From Pirellulales bacterium (GTDB taxonomy: Bacteria; Planctomycetota; Planctomycetia; Pirellulales; JAICIG01), in assembly GCA_963786255.1 (NCBI GenBank), contig CAWAYY010000042.1:35751-99750 (forward strand): 64,000 bases of DNA. The letters run 5' to 3'. A model generated the notes under the pieces. That model made no database searches, had not been told where the DNA came from, and saw only the letters and a list, made by a program, of their open reading frames with translations. The position numbers were made by a program, and so were the translations under genes. This document shows positions 20,743 through 31,462 of this stretch, piece by piece (position 1 is the first letter of the stretch; the number at the start of each line of letters is the position of its first letter).

Positions 20743-21240
20743 ATGTCCTTGCCTTCTTCTCAGCCGCCCTGCGTCGCGGGCGAGTTCGAACTGGCCATCG
20801 ACGCCTGGGGCCGTCTGGTGCTGATCGACCTGCAAGGCATGCGCCATGAAGGCGTCGAGCCGGTGCGCGCCTTTCCGCTGTCGGATCCTCGGCGCTGGGT
20901 GGCGATCTGCGATGCCGAAGGAGCGGAACTGGCGTTCATTGAGGATTTGGACGGCCTGCCCGACCAGGTTCGCGAAACTCTCGACGAAGCGCTAGGCGCG
21001 GTGCGACTTCGTGCCGGTCGTCCAGCGCATCCTGAGGTTTCCGCGGAAGTCGAACCTTCCGAGTGGGAAGTCCAGACCGATCGGGGATTGACGCGGTTCC
21101 TGCTGACCGCCGACGACGGCGTGCGGCGGCTGGGCGCCTTTGAAGCGATGCTCGTCGATACGCACGGCACGAGGTATCTGATCGCCGACTTCCGCCGCCT
21201 CGACGCTCACAGCCGCCGGATTCTTGATCGGTTCCTGTAA
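20743..21240 (+). CDS. DUF1854 domain protein (cyanophycin-metabolism-associated type); the ORF is open but carries a compensated out-of-frame stretch at about 20994-21038
   Basis: The ATG lies 2 nt after the ABC gene stop. FELAIDAWGRLVLIDLQGMRHEGVEPVRAFPLSDP...EDLDGLP...SAEVEPSEWEVQTDRGLTRFLL..DDGVRRL....MLVDTHGTRYLIADFRRLDAHSRRILDRFL matches the DUF1854 pattern. The expected FVPVVQRILR segment is present only in another frame. Confidence 0.75.
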   Translation: MSLPSSQPPCVAGEFELAIDAWGRLVLIDLQGMRHEGVEPVRAFPLSDPRRWVAICDAEGAELAFIEDLDGLPDQVRETLDEALGAVRLRAGRPAHPEVSAEVEPSEWEVQTDRGLTRFLLTADDGVRRLGAFEAMLVDTHGTRYLIADFRRLDAHSRRILDRFL

Positions 21241-21243
21241 ACG

Positions 21244-22285
21244 CTAATCCCCGCGCGAACCGGACTTCGACCGCAGCCACAAAGCCAGCCCGGCGCCGGC
21301 CAAACCGGCCAGAGCGAGCCAACCGCGGTGCATCGTGGCCTCCAACTGCCAACTGAAGTCAGAGGCGTCTCGGTCGAACCTGCCGTGCGCCCGACGGTCG
21401 CCGGGCAAGGGATCCCACAAGTTATTCGGCCGGTTGGGCTCGATTCGCTGATCGGTCATCTGCGAGTCGTAGCCCGTCCAACCGAGATAGCGGTCTCCCA
21501 GGCCCGGCGCCAGTTTGTTCCCCTCGATCACGACCGCCGTCGAGCCGCCGACGAACACTTCGCGCCGGCGATCGTGCGCCGCAAATACGATCGCCTTGGC
21601 GGCCACCTCCGGTTGATAAATCGGCGGCACGGGCTGCGGCTGCCGAGGCAGCCGCGTTTTGGACCAATCGAACTGCGGCGTATTCACCGCGGGCATCTGC
21701 ACCATCGTCAGGTGCACGCGGCTCGACTCGTGAAACAACTCGCAGCGCACCGACTCCGTGAAACCTTGAATCGCGTGCTTGGCCCCGCAGTACGCGGATT
21801 GCAACGGGATGCCTCGATACGCCAACGCCGAGCCGACCTGTACGATCACGCCCCGGTTGCGAGTTCGCATGCGTTTCAGGGCCGCCATCGTGCCGTACAC
21901 GTAGCCGAGGTAGGAAACCTCGGTCATGCGCCGGAACTCGTCGGGCGTGATTTCGGCGAAGGGCGAAAAGACGGACGCCATCGCGTCGTTGACCCACACG
22001 TCGATCGGCCCCAATTCCCGTTCCACGCGTTCAGCCGCCGCTTCGACCTCGTCCTGCGCGACGATACGTCAGCCTGAATGACAGTGCCCTGCGTCCCCGC
22101 TCTTCCACCTCGCAAGCTGCCGCTTGCAACCCCTCCCGGCCGCGTGCGATGAGCGCCACGTCGGCGCCCTGGTCGGCAAACGCGCGGACTGCGGCGCGAC
22201 CGATGCCCGCGGAGGCGCCGGTAACGACGACCACTTCTCGGGACTTTCCGTTTCTTTCACCGCCGTTTGGTTGTGGTTCACGCAT
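21244..22285 (-). pseudogene. SDR-family oxidoreductase with C-terminal membrane anchor, frame-disrupted as sequenced (2 lesions near 22096 and 22064)
   Basis: VVVVTGASAGIGRA (ORF 22031..22285), then GTVIQADVS (ORF 21924..22115), then ERELGPIDVWVNDA...SALAYRGIPLQSAYCGAKHA (ORF 21244..22026). Confidence 0.75.
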
Positions 22286-22624
22286 GGAAATTCTCGACAG
22301 TCGGAGGGCGCGGATGTAGGCCCCAAACCGAGCGGACGCCTGACCGACCGCGCGCTCGCTACACCGGGACTAGCTCGACGAACTAGCAAACGCTGGCCGC
22401 TCTCGGGCAAACGCTGCGCCGCTCTCGGCCGCAGCCTTGCCTGTCCGCACGCCATTCGCCGACCGCAGCGAACGTTTCCGGCGCGGGTTTTGCGGCACTC
22501 GCCTCGGACGTCGATGAGAGACGCGGCGCCCCTCGCCGCAAGAAGGTCTGAGGAGCGCGATCAAACCTCCGCGCGGGCCGGCGCGTGCGTCAAAGAAACG
22601 CAAACGCAAGAAAGGGACTCAGCC

Positions 22625-24370
22625 ATGGCAAAGACGGGCGGCGATATTCTCCTCGATACGATGATCGACTGGGGCGTGAACGTGATCTTCGGGCTGCCGG
22701 GAGACGGCATTAATGGCATCATCGAGTCGCTGCGCACCCGCCAGGACAAAATCCGGTTCATTCAAGTGCGCCATGAAGAGGCGGCGGCGTTCATGGCGTG
22801 CGCCTACGCCAAGTACACGGGCAAGCTGGGCGTTTGCCTGGCCACTTCCGGGCCCGGCGGCGTTCATCTGCTCAACGGCTTATATGACGCCAAACTCGAC
22901 GCCCAGCCCGTGCTGGCCATTACCGGGCATCACTTTCACGATCTGATCGACACGCACGCAGCAGGACGTCGATCTCGATCGGCTGTTCATGGACGTCGCC
23001 GTTTATACGACGCGCGTGATGGGCCCAGAGCACGTGGCTAACGTCGCCGATCTGGCATGTCGCCAGGCGCTTTCGCGGCGCGGCGTAGCCCACCTGAATT
23101 TCCCCGTCGATTTCCAATCGATGACGGCCAACGAGCGCAGCCAGCGCAACGTGCCTCGTCACACGTCGCATCAGGCGGCGACCAAAGCGGGCTTGCCATG
23201 CGATGATGACGTGCGGCAAGCCGCCAAGATTCTCAATGCCGGCAAGCGGATCGCCATCCTGGCCGGGCGCGGCGCGATCGGCGCGACGGATGAACTGGAA
23301 CAAGTCGCCGAGATCCTCGCCTCGCCCATCATCAAGCCGCTGCTGGGCAAGGGCTGCGTGCCGGACGACAGTCCTTACACCACCGGCGGCATCGGCCTGC
23401 TGGGCACGCGGCCGTCGCAAGAAGCGCTGGAAGAGTGCGACACGTTGCTGATGGTCGGCACCTCTTTTCCGTATATGGAATTCATGCCCAAACCGGGCCA
23501 GGCCAAGGCCGTGCAGATCGACGTTGACCCCGTGCGGATCGGTCTGCGATATCCGGTCGACGTAGGACTGGTGGGAGATAGCCGACGCTCGCTGACAAGT
23601 CTCATTCCGCTGCTGGTGCGCAACGACGATCGGAGTTTCCTGACCAAGGCGCAAACGGGCATGGTCGACTGGAAAGCGTTGATGGAAGAACGCGGCACGC
23701 GCAGAGATATGCCCATGAAACCACAAGTCGTGGCGCATGAACTGGGCAAGCGCCTGCCCGATAACGCCATCGTCTCGTGCGACTCCGGCACCATCGCCAC
23801 CTGGTGGGCCCGTCACGTTCCGGCCAAACGCGGCCAGATGCATTCCATCTCCGGGACCTTGGCAACCATGGCCTGCGGCCTGCCTTACGCCAATGCGGCG
23901 CAGATCGCTTACCCGGACCGGTTGTGCGTGGCCTACGTGGGAGACGGCGGCTTCACGATGCTGATGGCCGAGTTGATCACCGCGGTCAAGTACAAGCTGC
24001 CGGTCAAGATCATCATCAACAAGAACGATACGCTCGGTCAAATCAAGTGGGAGCAGATGGTATTCCTGGGCAACCCGGAGTTCGGTTGCGAGCTGCAGCC
24101 GATCGATTTCGCCGCCTTGGCGCGGGCCTGCGGCGCCCAGGGCTTTACGAATCGAAAAGCCCGAGGACTGCGGCCGCATTCTCGATGAAGCTTTCGCAAG
24201 CGACGGTCCCGTCGTGGTCGAAGCGGTCGTCGATCCGTTCGAACCGCCGATGCCGCCCAAGGCCACCGCCAAGCAGGCCGCCAAGTTCGCCGAGTCTCTG
24301 GCGCGGCGAGACCGACCGCGGCAAGATCATGTCGACGATCTTCAAAGACAAGGTCAAGGAAATGGTCTGA
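22625..24370 (+). pseudogene. thiamine-pyrophosphate enzyme, pyruvate oxidase (PoxB)-like, frame-disrupted as sequenced (3 lesions near 22960, 24147 and 24303)
   Basis: MAKTGGDILLDTMIDWGVNVIFGLPGDGINGIIESL...RHEEAAAFMACAYAKYTGKLGVCLATSGPGGVHLLNGLYDAKLDAQPVLAITG, a TPP-binding YVGDGGFTML, and the tail ...VVVEAVVDPFEPPMPPK...GETDRGKIMSTIFKDKVKEMV. The gene is read across four frames. Confidence 0.75.
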
Positions 24371-24436
24371 ACTGCTTCCCTGTGCGGCGACCGTGGCGCC
24401 GCCCGATCGCCTCAGAAAGTTCTGAAAGGAGCGAGC

Positions 24437-24867
24437 ATGAAATCGAAAATATTGGACGACCAGGGCGAAAAGACCTACGCGCTGGTCTTTGAACTCGATG
24501 ACGAGGTCATCTCGTGCCTGACGGAGTTTGCCCGGCGAGAAAAACTGGCGCGGCGCATTTCACCGCTATCGGCGCCTTTCGCGAATTGACGCTGGGCTAC
24601 TTCGATTGGGAAAGCAAAGCATACCTGAAGATTCCGGTGCAGGAGCAGGTCGAGGTGCTTTCGCTCGCCGGAAATATTGTCGCGCACGACGGCGAGCCCA
24701 AGTTGCACGCGCACGTCGTGGTCGGCAAGCGCGATGGAACCGCCCACGGCGGTCACCTGATCGAAGCCCGCGTCCGCCCGACCCTGGAAGTCGTACTGGC
24801 CGAGGCCCCGCAGCATCTCCAGCGGCGGCACGATGAACAGACGGGTCTGGCGCTGATCGAGTTGTAA
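24437..24867 (+). pseudogene. PPC (DUF296) domain protein, frame-disrupted as sequenced (1 lesion near 24550)
   Basis: AAGGAG lies before the ATG at 24437. MKSKILDDQGEKTYALVFELDDEVISCLTEFARREKLA continues as HFTAIGAFRELTLGYFDW...LSLAGNI......PKLHAHVVVG..DGTAHGGHL in ORF 24514..24867. Confidence 0.7.
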
Positions 24868-24879
24868 ACGCAACGCGCG

Positions 24880-26185
24880 TTATTCCGCAGACAGATCGAC
24901 GGCCACGAGTTCCTCATCGTTGCGAGCGAAAACGTGCTTGTAGGCGTACGCCGGGTGCGACCAGCAAACGCCGCCGCGTTGGGCCAACTGGTACTGCGTC
25001 GGCGAGATCAGTTTTGCCCGGCTGATCTCCTGGTAGCCCTCCGGCGAGAGCTTGCTGATGATCAACTCGCCGCGCTCGTTGAACATCCACATCTGGTCGC
25101 CGTTCCTCACCATGTGAATCGTGCTCCAGCGCCCGGGGAGTGGGCTTCTGACTCTCCCAGATGCGATTGCCCGTCTTGGCGTCGAGACAGCGCAATTCGC
25201 CATAACTGTCCACGCCGTAGACGTAATCTCCTTCCAGATACGGCGTGCCGATCATGCAGTGCAGACTGTCGGTTTTCTTCTCGTCGGGACCGAGACGCCG
25301 CCAGACCTGCTCGACTGCAGGCCGATTCTGATCGAGCTTGAGCATCAAGGAGCCGTCATAAAACGAGCTGACAAACAGCCAATTGTTTTCGATCACCGGC
25401 GTGGCGATGGAAATCACCATCCGCGTCGGCTGGAACGGATGTTCCCAGTAGGGCTTGCCGTTGAGCGGGTTCAAGCCGACCACATGCTGTCCGGTCCAGC
25501 AGACCAGCACGCGCTTGCCCGCCTGCTCGATCATGACCGGGGCGGAATAGGAGGCGTCGTCCGGCAGCGATTGCCACTTCTGCTGGCCTGTCGCCTTATC
25601 GAAAGCGACCAGGCAGGCGTCGCCTTCGCCGCCGATCTGTACGATCAGCAGGCCTTGCTCGATCAGCGGCGAGGCGGCGATGCCCCAGATCGGCATGCGG
25701 ATGTTGTACTTCTCGTTAAGAGCCTTCTCCCACAGGACCTTGCCCGTCTTGGCGTTAAAGCAGAACAGGTTGCCCATGGCGCCGAGCGAATAAGCGCGGC
25801 CCTCGTCGATGGTCACCGCCGCCGCGCGGTCCGGCCTCGTAGCCGACGCCGCGGTACGGGCAAGCATAGACGTGCGTCCAGACCGGCTTGCCCGTCTTAA
25901 GTCGAAGCAATGAACTCGCTCGGTTTGCTTGGGCTCGAACTGCCGATCGGTGACGTAAACCAGACCGTCGGCGACGGTCGGGCCGCTGTAGCCGCTGCCG
26001 ATTTTCGCCGTCCAGCGACGCTTCAGTTCGGCGGCCGGAAACTTTTCCACCAGCCCCGTTTCGCGCCACACGCCGTCGCGTTTGGGTCCGCGCCACTGCG
26101 GCCACTCATCGGCCGACGCAGACGACGCGAGAAGCAATAATCCCAAGCAACTCTGCCAGACACGATACGCACGATCAAGACGCAT
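24880..26185 (-). pseudogene. PQQ-like beta-propeller repeat protein (secreted), frame-disrupted as sequenced (3 lesions near 25899, 25825 and 25135)
   Basis: The ATG at 26185 gives MRLDRAYRVWQSCLGLLLLASSASADEWPQWRGPKRDGVW. The segment KTGKPVWTHVYACPYRGVGYEAGPR is readable only in the frame of ORF 25755..26105. The C-terminus GRWSTIHMVRNGDQMWMFNERGELI... is in ORF 24880..25203. Confidence 0.75.
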
Positions 26186-26380
26186 GGCGGTTCTCTCCGG
26201 AGGATGGATCACGCCGATTATCAGGTTCGCTCGCCCGGCCGGCAAGCCGCTCCGACGGGCCATGCTCGCGAATTCGCACGGAACGCCCCGCGAACGGTTC
26301 GTGTCGTGGGATGCATTGCGACGGTCGCGTCGCAATATGAGCCTCGCGTTTTTGCGGCAAGTTTCACGCCCGCTCGGCGA

Positions 26381-26575
26381 TTATTCACCAGGCTGCCGCT
26401 GGCCCTCCGCCGGGCCATGGCCGGCGTCGACGTGATTCTGCTTTTCGGAATGGGCGGAAGCCGAACTCGGCTTGCAAGCGTCGCCCATTCACGTCCTGAT
26501 GCCGAAACGCGGCAGGATCCAGAGCTGAAGCACGATCCATAAGCCGAGGATCGCAATCGGCATGAGCATATCCAT
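26381..26575 (-). CDS. candidate small membrane ORF (28 codons), then TGA, then 35 more in-frame codons. Coding status is uncertain.
   Basis: MDMLMPIAILGLWIVLQLWILPRFGIRT-TGA-MGDACKPSSASAHSEKQNHVDAGHGPAEGQRQPGE-TAA. The first part is a clean single TM helix. The TGA lies at the base of a strong hairpin (see findings). It sits in the leader region upstream of the PQQ gene. Confidence 0.2.
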
Positions 26576-27062
26576 AGCTTGTCTCGCAATTTTGAGTCGA
26601 CCGATTTCATGCATGGCGGAACTTCTTGGAACGCGCAAAACTCTCGCCAAACCCTCTTTCCGCGTGCAACAGATCGTCGTCTCGTCTGAACGGGGGAAAC
26701 CGAAACTCGCCGGAAATTCACTCCTATTTTACGACCCAGGGGTGGATGGAAGACACCCGTCTTTTAGGGCTGACGGCATCCGCCGTTCTGCGGTGGGCGC
26801 CGTGGCGGCAAATACTCTTGGCGCCTCTTTTAGCAAAAGCACGCCCCCAGAACCTCCCACGCCTTGACGACCCTGCCGTCTCCCATGCGCGAGAGGCGGA
26901 CTTCCTGAGTGCGAAGCCCTGCGAGATGCCGTTGAGCCATATCAGGCCACGTGATCCCATCCACCGAAGCGCAAGTCCGCCGCCTGCATCCGTGGGAGCA
27001 CGATGCGCACGGGGGCGATGCCGAGAACCATTGAACGCGGCGGATGTGAAGTGCGTTTTCCC

Positions 27063-29937
27063 TTAGGCGACCTTATACAGCGTGAACGTTCCGGTCGTGA
27101 CGCCGCCGTAGTAGTCTTCAAGAAAAATGTTGCCGGTCATCACGTTGCCGACCACCTGGCCCGTGAGCTGCTCAATGATGAAACCCGGCTGCAAGTCGAT
27201 ATTGAAGACGAAGCTCGTCCCGGCCACCGTGCCGATCAGGTCCAACGTGCCTGAGCCGCTGGTAGCGACGCTGCCCGTTACGACCGTGGTGAACTTGGGG
27301 TAGGCCTTGAGTTGAATCGTCATGCCGCCCGAGATGTGCGCCCAACGGGTTGCTCTCGGTGAATTGTCCCTGCCAAACGCCGGTCGTATCGGCGGTCGGC
27401 GTCGCTTGACCGTTGTCGACGTTGACGACCGAAACGTCGGACACGTCGAGTCCGTTGTACGCCGAATCCGCGACTGTTGACGCCGCCGATGATAATCGTA
27501 TACGGCGCAGCCCTTCGCGCACGCCGTCGTTCTTGCCGTAGACGGTGAATACGCGAGGCTTGTTCCAATTGGTCGCATCGAACGTGACGTTGGTTGGCGT
27601 AACGTCCCCTTCGCTCGTATCGCTGCTGATCAAGATCATCTTGACCGGCGCCAGGGGCTTGCTGGTCAATTGGACGGTGAATTGGGCCGAGCCGCCGATC
27701 CTCGGTCGTTACCAGTCCGCCGGCGGGCGTCACGACGACGCCCGCGTGGTTATCGTTGATGTCCGTGACATTGATTTGACTGGGCGACGACGGCACGCCC
27801 TGGTAGTCGGGCATGGTGCTTTGAGCGGGCGAGAGCGTAATGGCGAAGTTGTGATTGCCATCCGCCGTCTGCGTGTCGAGAGCGGTGATGCTGACTCGTT
27901 GCGGCAGCCACCAGTTGTCGGGCGTGAAAACCAGGATGCTCGGCGACAATTCGCCGCGAGACGGATCGCCGTTCGTCAGGTTGATGCTGACGACTCCCTG
28001 AGGCTTTTTGGTCAGCCGCACTTCGACCGCCGCCTCGTCGCCGATCACCTCGTGGATCGTGACGTCGGGGCCGCCCGAAACCAGAATCTGTCCCGCCGGC
28101 CCCGCCTTTTGCACGTCGTTCGACGTCACCGCCTGCGCGGACATGGCGTCGTGGATCAAGCCGGTCGCCTGGCTCGTGATTCCGTCCAGTTGGCTCTTGG
28201 CGTAGTGCCGCAAACTGTCGACCGAGCCGCGCAGCTCGCCCAGCACGTCCGCATTCGCCGGATCGACCAGCATGCCGACCGACTGGATGATCAGTCCCGA
28301 GCCAAACAGGAGGTAAGGGAGTGGCGTAGCCAACAGTTCCGGCTGGACTGCGCTGGCGCCCACCACTCCGATTTGCAGTTGCAATCCGCAGGAGTACATG
28401 ACGTCGGCAATCGTCTCCAACGTATCGACGGAGAGGGCGGACGATGCCGTCTCGCCGGCGAGCAGCTCCTTGAAGTTTGCCACGGTCGGATTCGCCTGGC
28501 CTGCGGCGGCAAGTTGCTGGCCGCTATCGACGCCGTTTTGCAACGGGCTCGTGCGCACTCCGTCCAGGGCCGCGAACATCATCTGATCGAGCACCAGCAA
28601 CTCATTCTTGCTCAACGTCACGTTTCGGCCGCCCACCGTTCCCAGATTGAAACTTGCCGTTGGATCGGGACCGAGCAAGGCCTGCAGGTCGCTCTCAAAC
28701 AGCGTGAGCCTGTCATGCTCGGCGGCCAGGTCGGCCGTTAAGGCAGGCGTGGCGAAGTCAACGGCCAAAAACGTCGTAACGTTCGCGGGTGACAAAGTCG
28801 CCGTCGGGCTCGGCGCCGGCGCCGCCGACAGTTGTGCTTGTACCTGCTCCAGGGCCTGCAGCGCCCTTGGATATAAGCCAACGTGAGCGTGCCCGCCGCG
28901 AACGGCGACTGAGGCAGCGTTTGGATCTGAATCGCTCCGATGGTGGCCGGACGGACGGGCGTCGAGTCGACAAGCAGCTGCACGCTGACCGTGCCGGTAG
29001 CAATCTGCCCTGTGCTCGGGTCGATCAACGGCGGCACGACGACCGAGACCTGGTTGCTCGCGACCTTCAGCGGCGGCGCGTCGAGGCGGAACCCTTGAGA
29101 GTCGGCGAACTCCACCTTGACGTTGGCGTTCGGATCGATGGGCTGCCCCATCAACACGAGCTGCGACCCCGGCTCGACCGAGCGTTGCGCCACGCTGTTG
29201 TATTCCGCACTGTCGAGCAGGAACCGTTGGATCTGGAAAGTCGTGGCTCCGTGCTGGAATTGATTGATCCAGTACGCGCGTCCGCCTGCATCGGCGTCGC
29301 GGCGCAGGAAATCGCGATACATTTGATCGACGCCGACGCCGATAAACTCGGGGCTATTGATGAAACCCTCGGCGACCAATGCGCGCGACCGCCCGCTGTT
29401 CAACACGCCATGCCAGTAGGCGATTTCGCTCGGACCCGGCGGCATGGAACGCTGCAGCACGTCGTGGTAAAGGCCGCGAATGAAACCCGCGTCGTCGCCG
29501 CCATGATTGCGATAATACTCGTCAGAACCGACGATCAACGCCAACAGGCGGAATTCCGACACGCCTTGGCCCAGAACATTGACCCAGTAGTCTTCGCCGG
29601 CCGGTTCAGAGCCGCGGCCGAGATAGTCTTGGTAAATTCCTTCCACCACGTTGCGGCGGTGCTCGGTCGACAACACGAATCCCACCACGACCGAATCTTG
29701 CGACTGCCCGGCGGCGAGCCGGCCGCTCCAATAGTCAACCTCCGCAGGAGCGGCCAGGCGTCCAAGGACGTCGGCGTAAAGGTTTGAGACCACCTTCGCG
29801 TTGGCGTCGGCCGTGACGGATAACATCGCCCGCTCTTCAAGCGGTTCTATTGTCATGCGCCGTCCCAAGGACCGACGAGGGTCGCCGCGGCGACCCAAAT
29901 GATGCGATGCCCCGCGCGTTTGCAAACCTGGACTCAT
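27063..29937 (-). pseudogene. large secreted DUF4214-repeat protein with the planctomycete-type LEPLEER N-terminal motif, frame-disrupted as sequenced (5 lesions)
   Basis: The ATG at 29937 gives MSPGLQTRGASHHLGRRGDPRRSLGRRMTIEPLEERAMLS. Three DUF4214-like repeats follow (YADVLGRLAAPAEVDYWSGRLAAGQS; YQDYLGRGSEPAGEDYWVNVL; YHDVLQRSMPPGPSEIAYWHGVLNSG; YRDFLRRDADAGGRAYWINQF). Later come repeats of the type GVVVTPAGGLVTTEDGGSAQFTVQLTSKP. Lesions lie near 28865, 27698, 27512, 27472 and 27340. Confidence 0.7.
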
Positions 29938-30339
29938 GGTGCGTGCTCCACAGCAAGGCTTTCATCGCCCCGGGCCATCGGCGATCGTCGCCCGATGACG
30001 CGTCCCTTTAGCAATCGTCATGCCGCGAAGCTACCGCCTCGGCCGCAAGGGAGTCGTGGGCCCCCCGCGGTCGCACGCGGGGGGCGGCGTACTCCTGGCG
30101 CAGACGCTGGAAAAGTGCTGCTGTGCGCTGGGCAAGCGTCAAGCAACCATAGAGCGGGCAAGGCTGACGAAGGGCCGTGACGCTGAGGCGCCGTTTTGCC
30201 GCGCGCTAACCAGGCACGAAATGAGCCGGATCGCTCACGGAACGCAGTCCGTCAAGCGTTTAAAACCGGCAGCAGTCCGGCGGACAGACGTCGTGGCTGG
30301 GGCCCAAGACGCCCAGCGCTCGGCGCTCGGGCGAGGCGG

Positions 30340-31274
30340 TCACATGCGCTCCTGGATCAGCTCGCGGATCATGGCGATGAACTTGGGATGCACGCCTGCC
30401 GTGGCGGCTCGCACCATGTTCAGGCCCAGTTCGCTGCAAAGTTGGTGCGCCTCGGTGTCGAGATCGTAAAGCACTTCCATGTGGTCGGAGATAAAGCCGA
30501 GCGGCAGAACCACCGCGTCTTCGACGCCTTCGGCCGCAAGTTGCCGCAGGAAATCATTCACGTCCGGCTCCAGCCAGGGCTGCCTTGGCGAGCCGCTACG
30601 GCTCTGATAGACGAGCCGGCCGTCGTTGCGGCCGAGCGTCTCGCCTATCAGGCGACAGGCCTCGTGCAATTGCTGTTCGTAGCGGCAGTTTTCCGCCATG
30701 CCCAGCGGAATGCTGTGCGCCGTAAAGACGAGTTGGGCTCGATCGCGCCGCGCGACAGGAATTTGCGCCAGAGCGTCTCGCATCCGCTCCGCCATCACTT
30801 CAATAAATAGCGGATGGTTGAAAAACGCGCGCAGTTTGTCGATCTGGCGTCGCCCGGGCCGACCTCGGCCCGGGCCTGTTCGATGTTTTCGAGGTATTGG
30901 CGACACCCCGAATAGGAGCTGAAGGCCGATGTAAAGAAAGCCAACGCACGGCGGACGCCGTCCGCCTGCATCTGTCGCAGCGCGTCGGCCAGGTAAGGGG
31001 TCCAATTGCGGTTGCCCCAGTAGACCGGCAGCTTGGGGCCGTGCGTTTGCAGCTCCGCTTCCAAGGCGCGAATCAGCGCCCGATTCTGCTCGTTGATCGG
31101 ACTGGCGCCGCCAAAGTGGTAATAATGCTCGGCGACTTCCAGCATCCGCTCGCGTGGAACGGGCTTGCCGCGCAAGACGTTCTCCAAGAACGGAAGCACG
31201 TCTGCTTTGCGTTCGGGGCCGCCGAAAGAGACGAGCAGCAGGGCGTCGTAGCGTGATTCCAGGGAGTCGCTCAT
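30340..31274 (-). pseudogene. hemH: ferrochelatase, frame-disrupted as sequenced (1 lesion near 30846)
   Basis: The ATG at 31274 gives MSDSLESRYDALLLVSFGGPE...FLENVLRG...GGASPINEQ. The reading then continues as QIDKLRAFFNHPLFIE...VFTAHSIP...YQSRSG.PRQPWLEPD...LGFISDHMEVLYDLD in ORF 30340..31359. Confidence 0.85.
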
Positions 31275-31462
31275 GTCGACGATTATCGAGTCCGTCCGCC
31301 CGCTCGGCAAGCCGCTCGAGCCGGGCTTGACAGTCCGGAAGGCGCAAGGCAATCTGCAAATCCCAGGGGAATGAAACCCCCGTTTGCCGCCGGCCTGCTT
31401 GCGGAGACCCGACAATCGTCGAATCTACCCTGCCGATTCAACAACTGCTGCGCCACAGTCCG

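Noticed and set aside
26221-26721. 166-aa minus-strand ORF, plus plus-strand ORFs 26562..26867 and 26626..27066, in the PQQ/DUF4214 intergenic region
   Set aside because: Their compositions are implausible (Arg/Ser/Cys-rich), with no motifs and no RBS. Only the short TM peptide at 26489-26575 looks protein-like.
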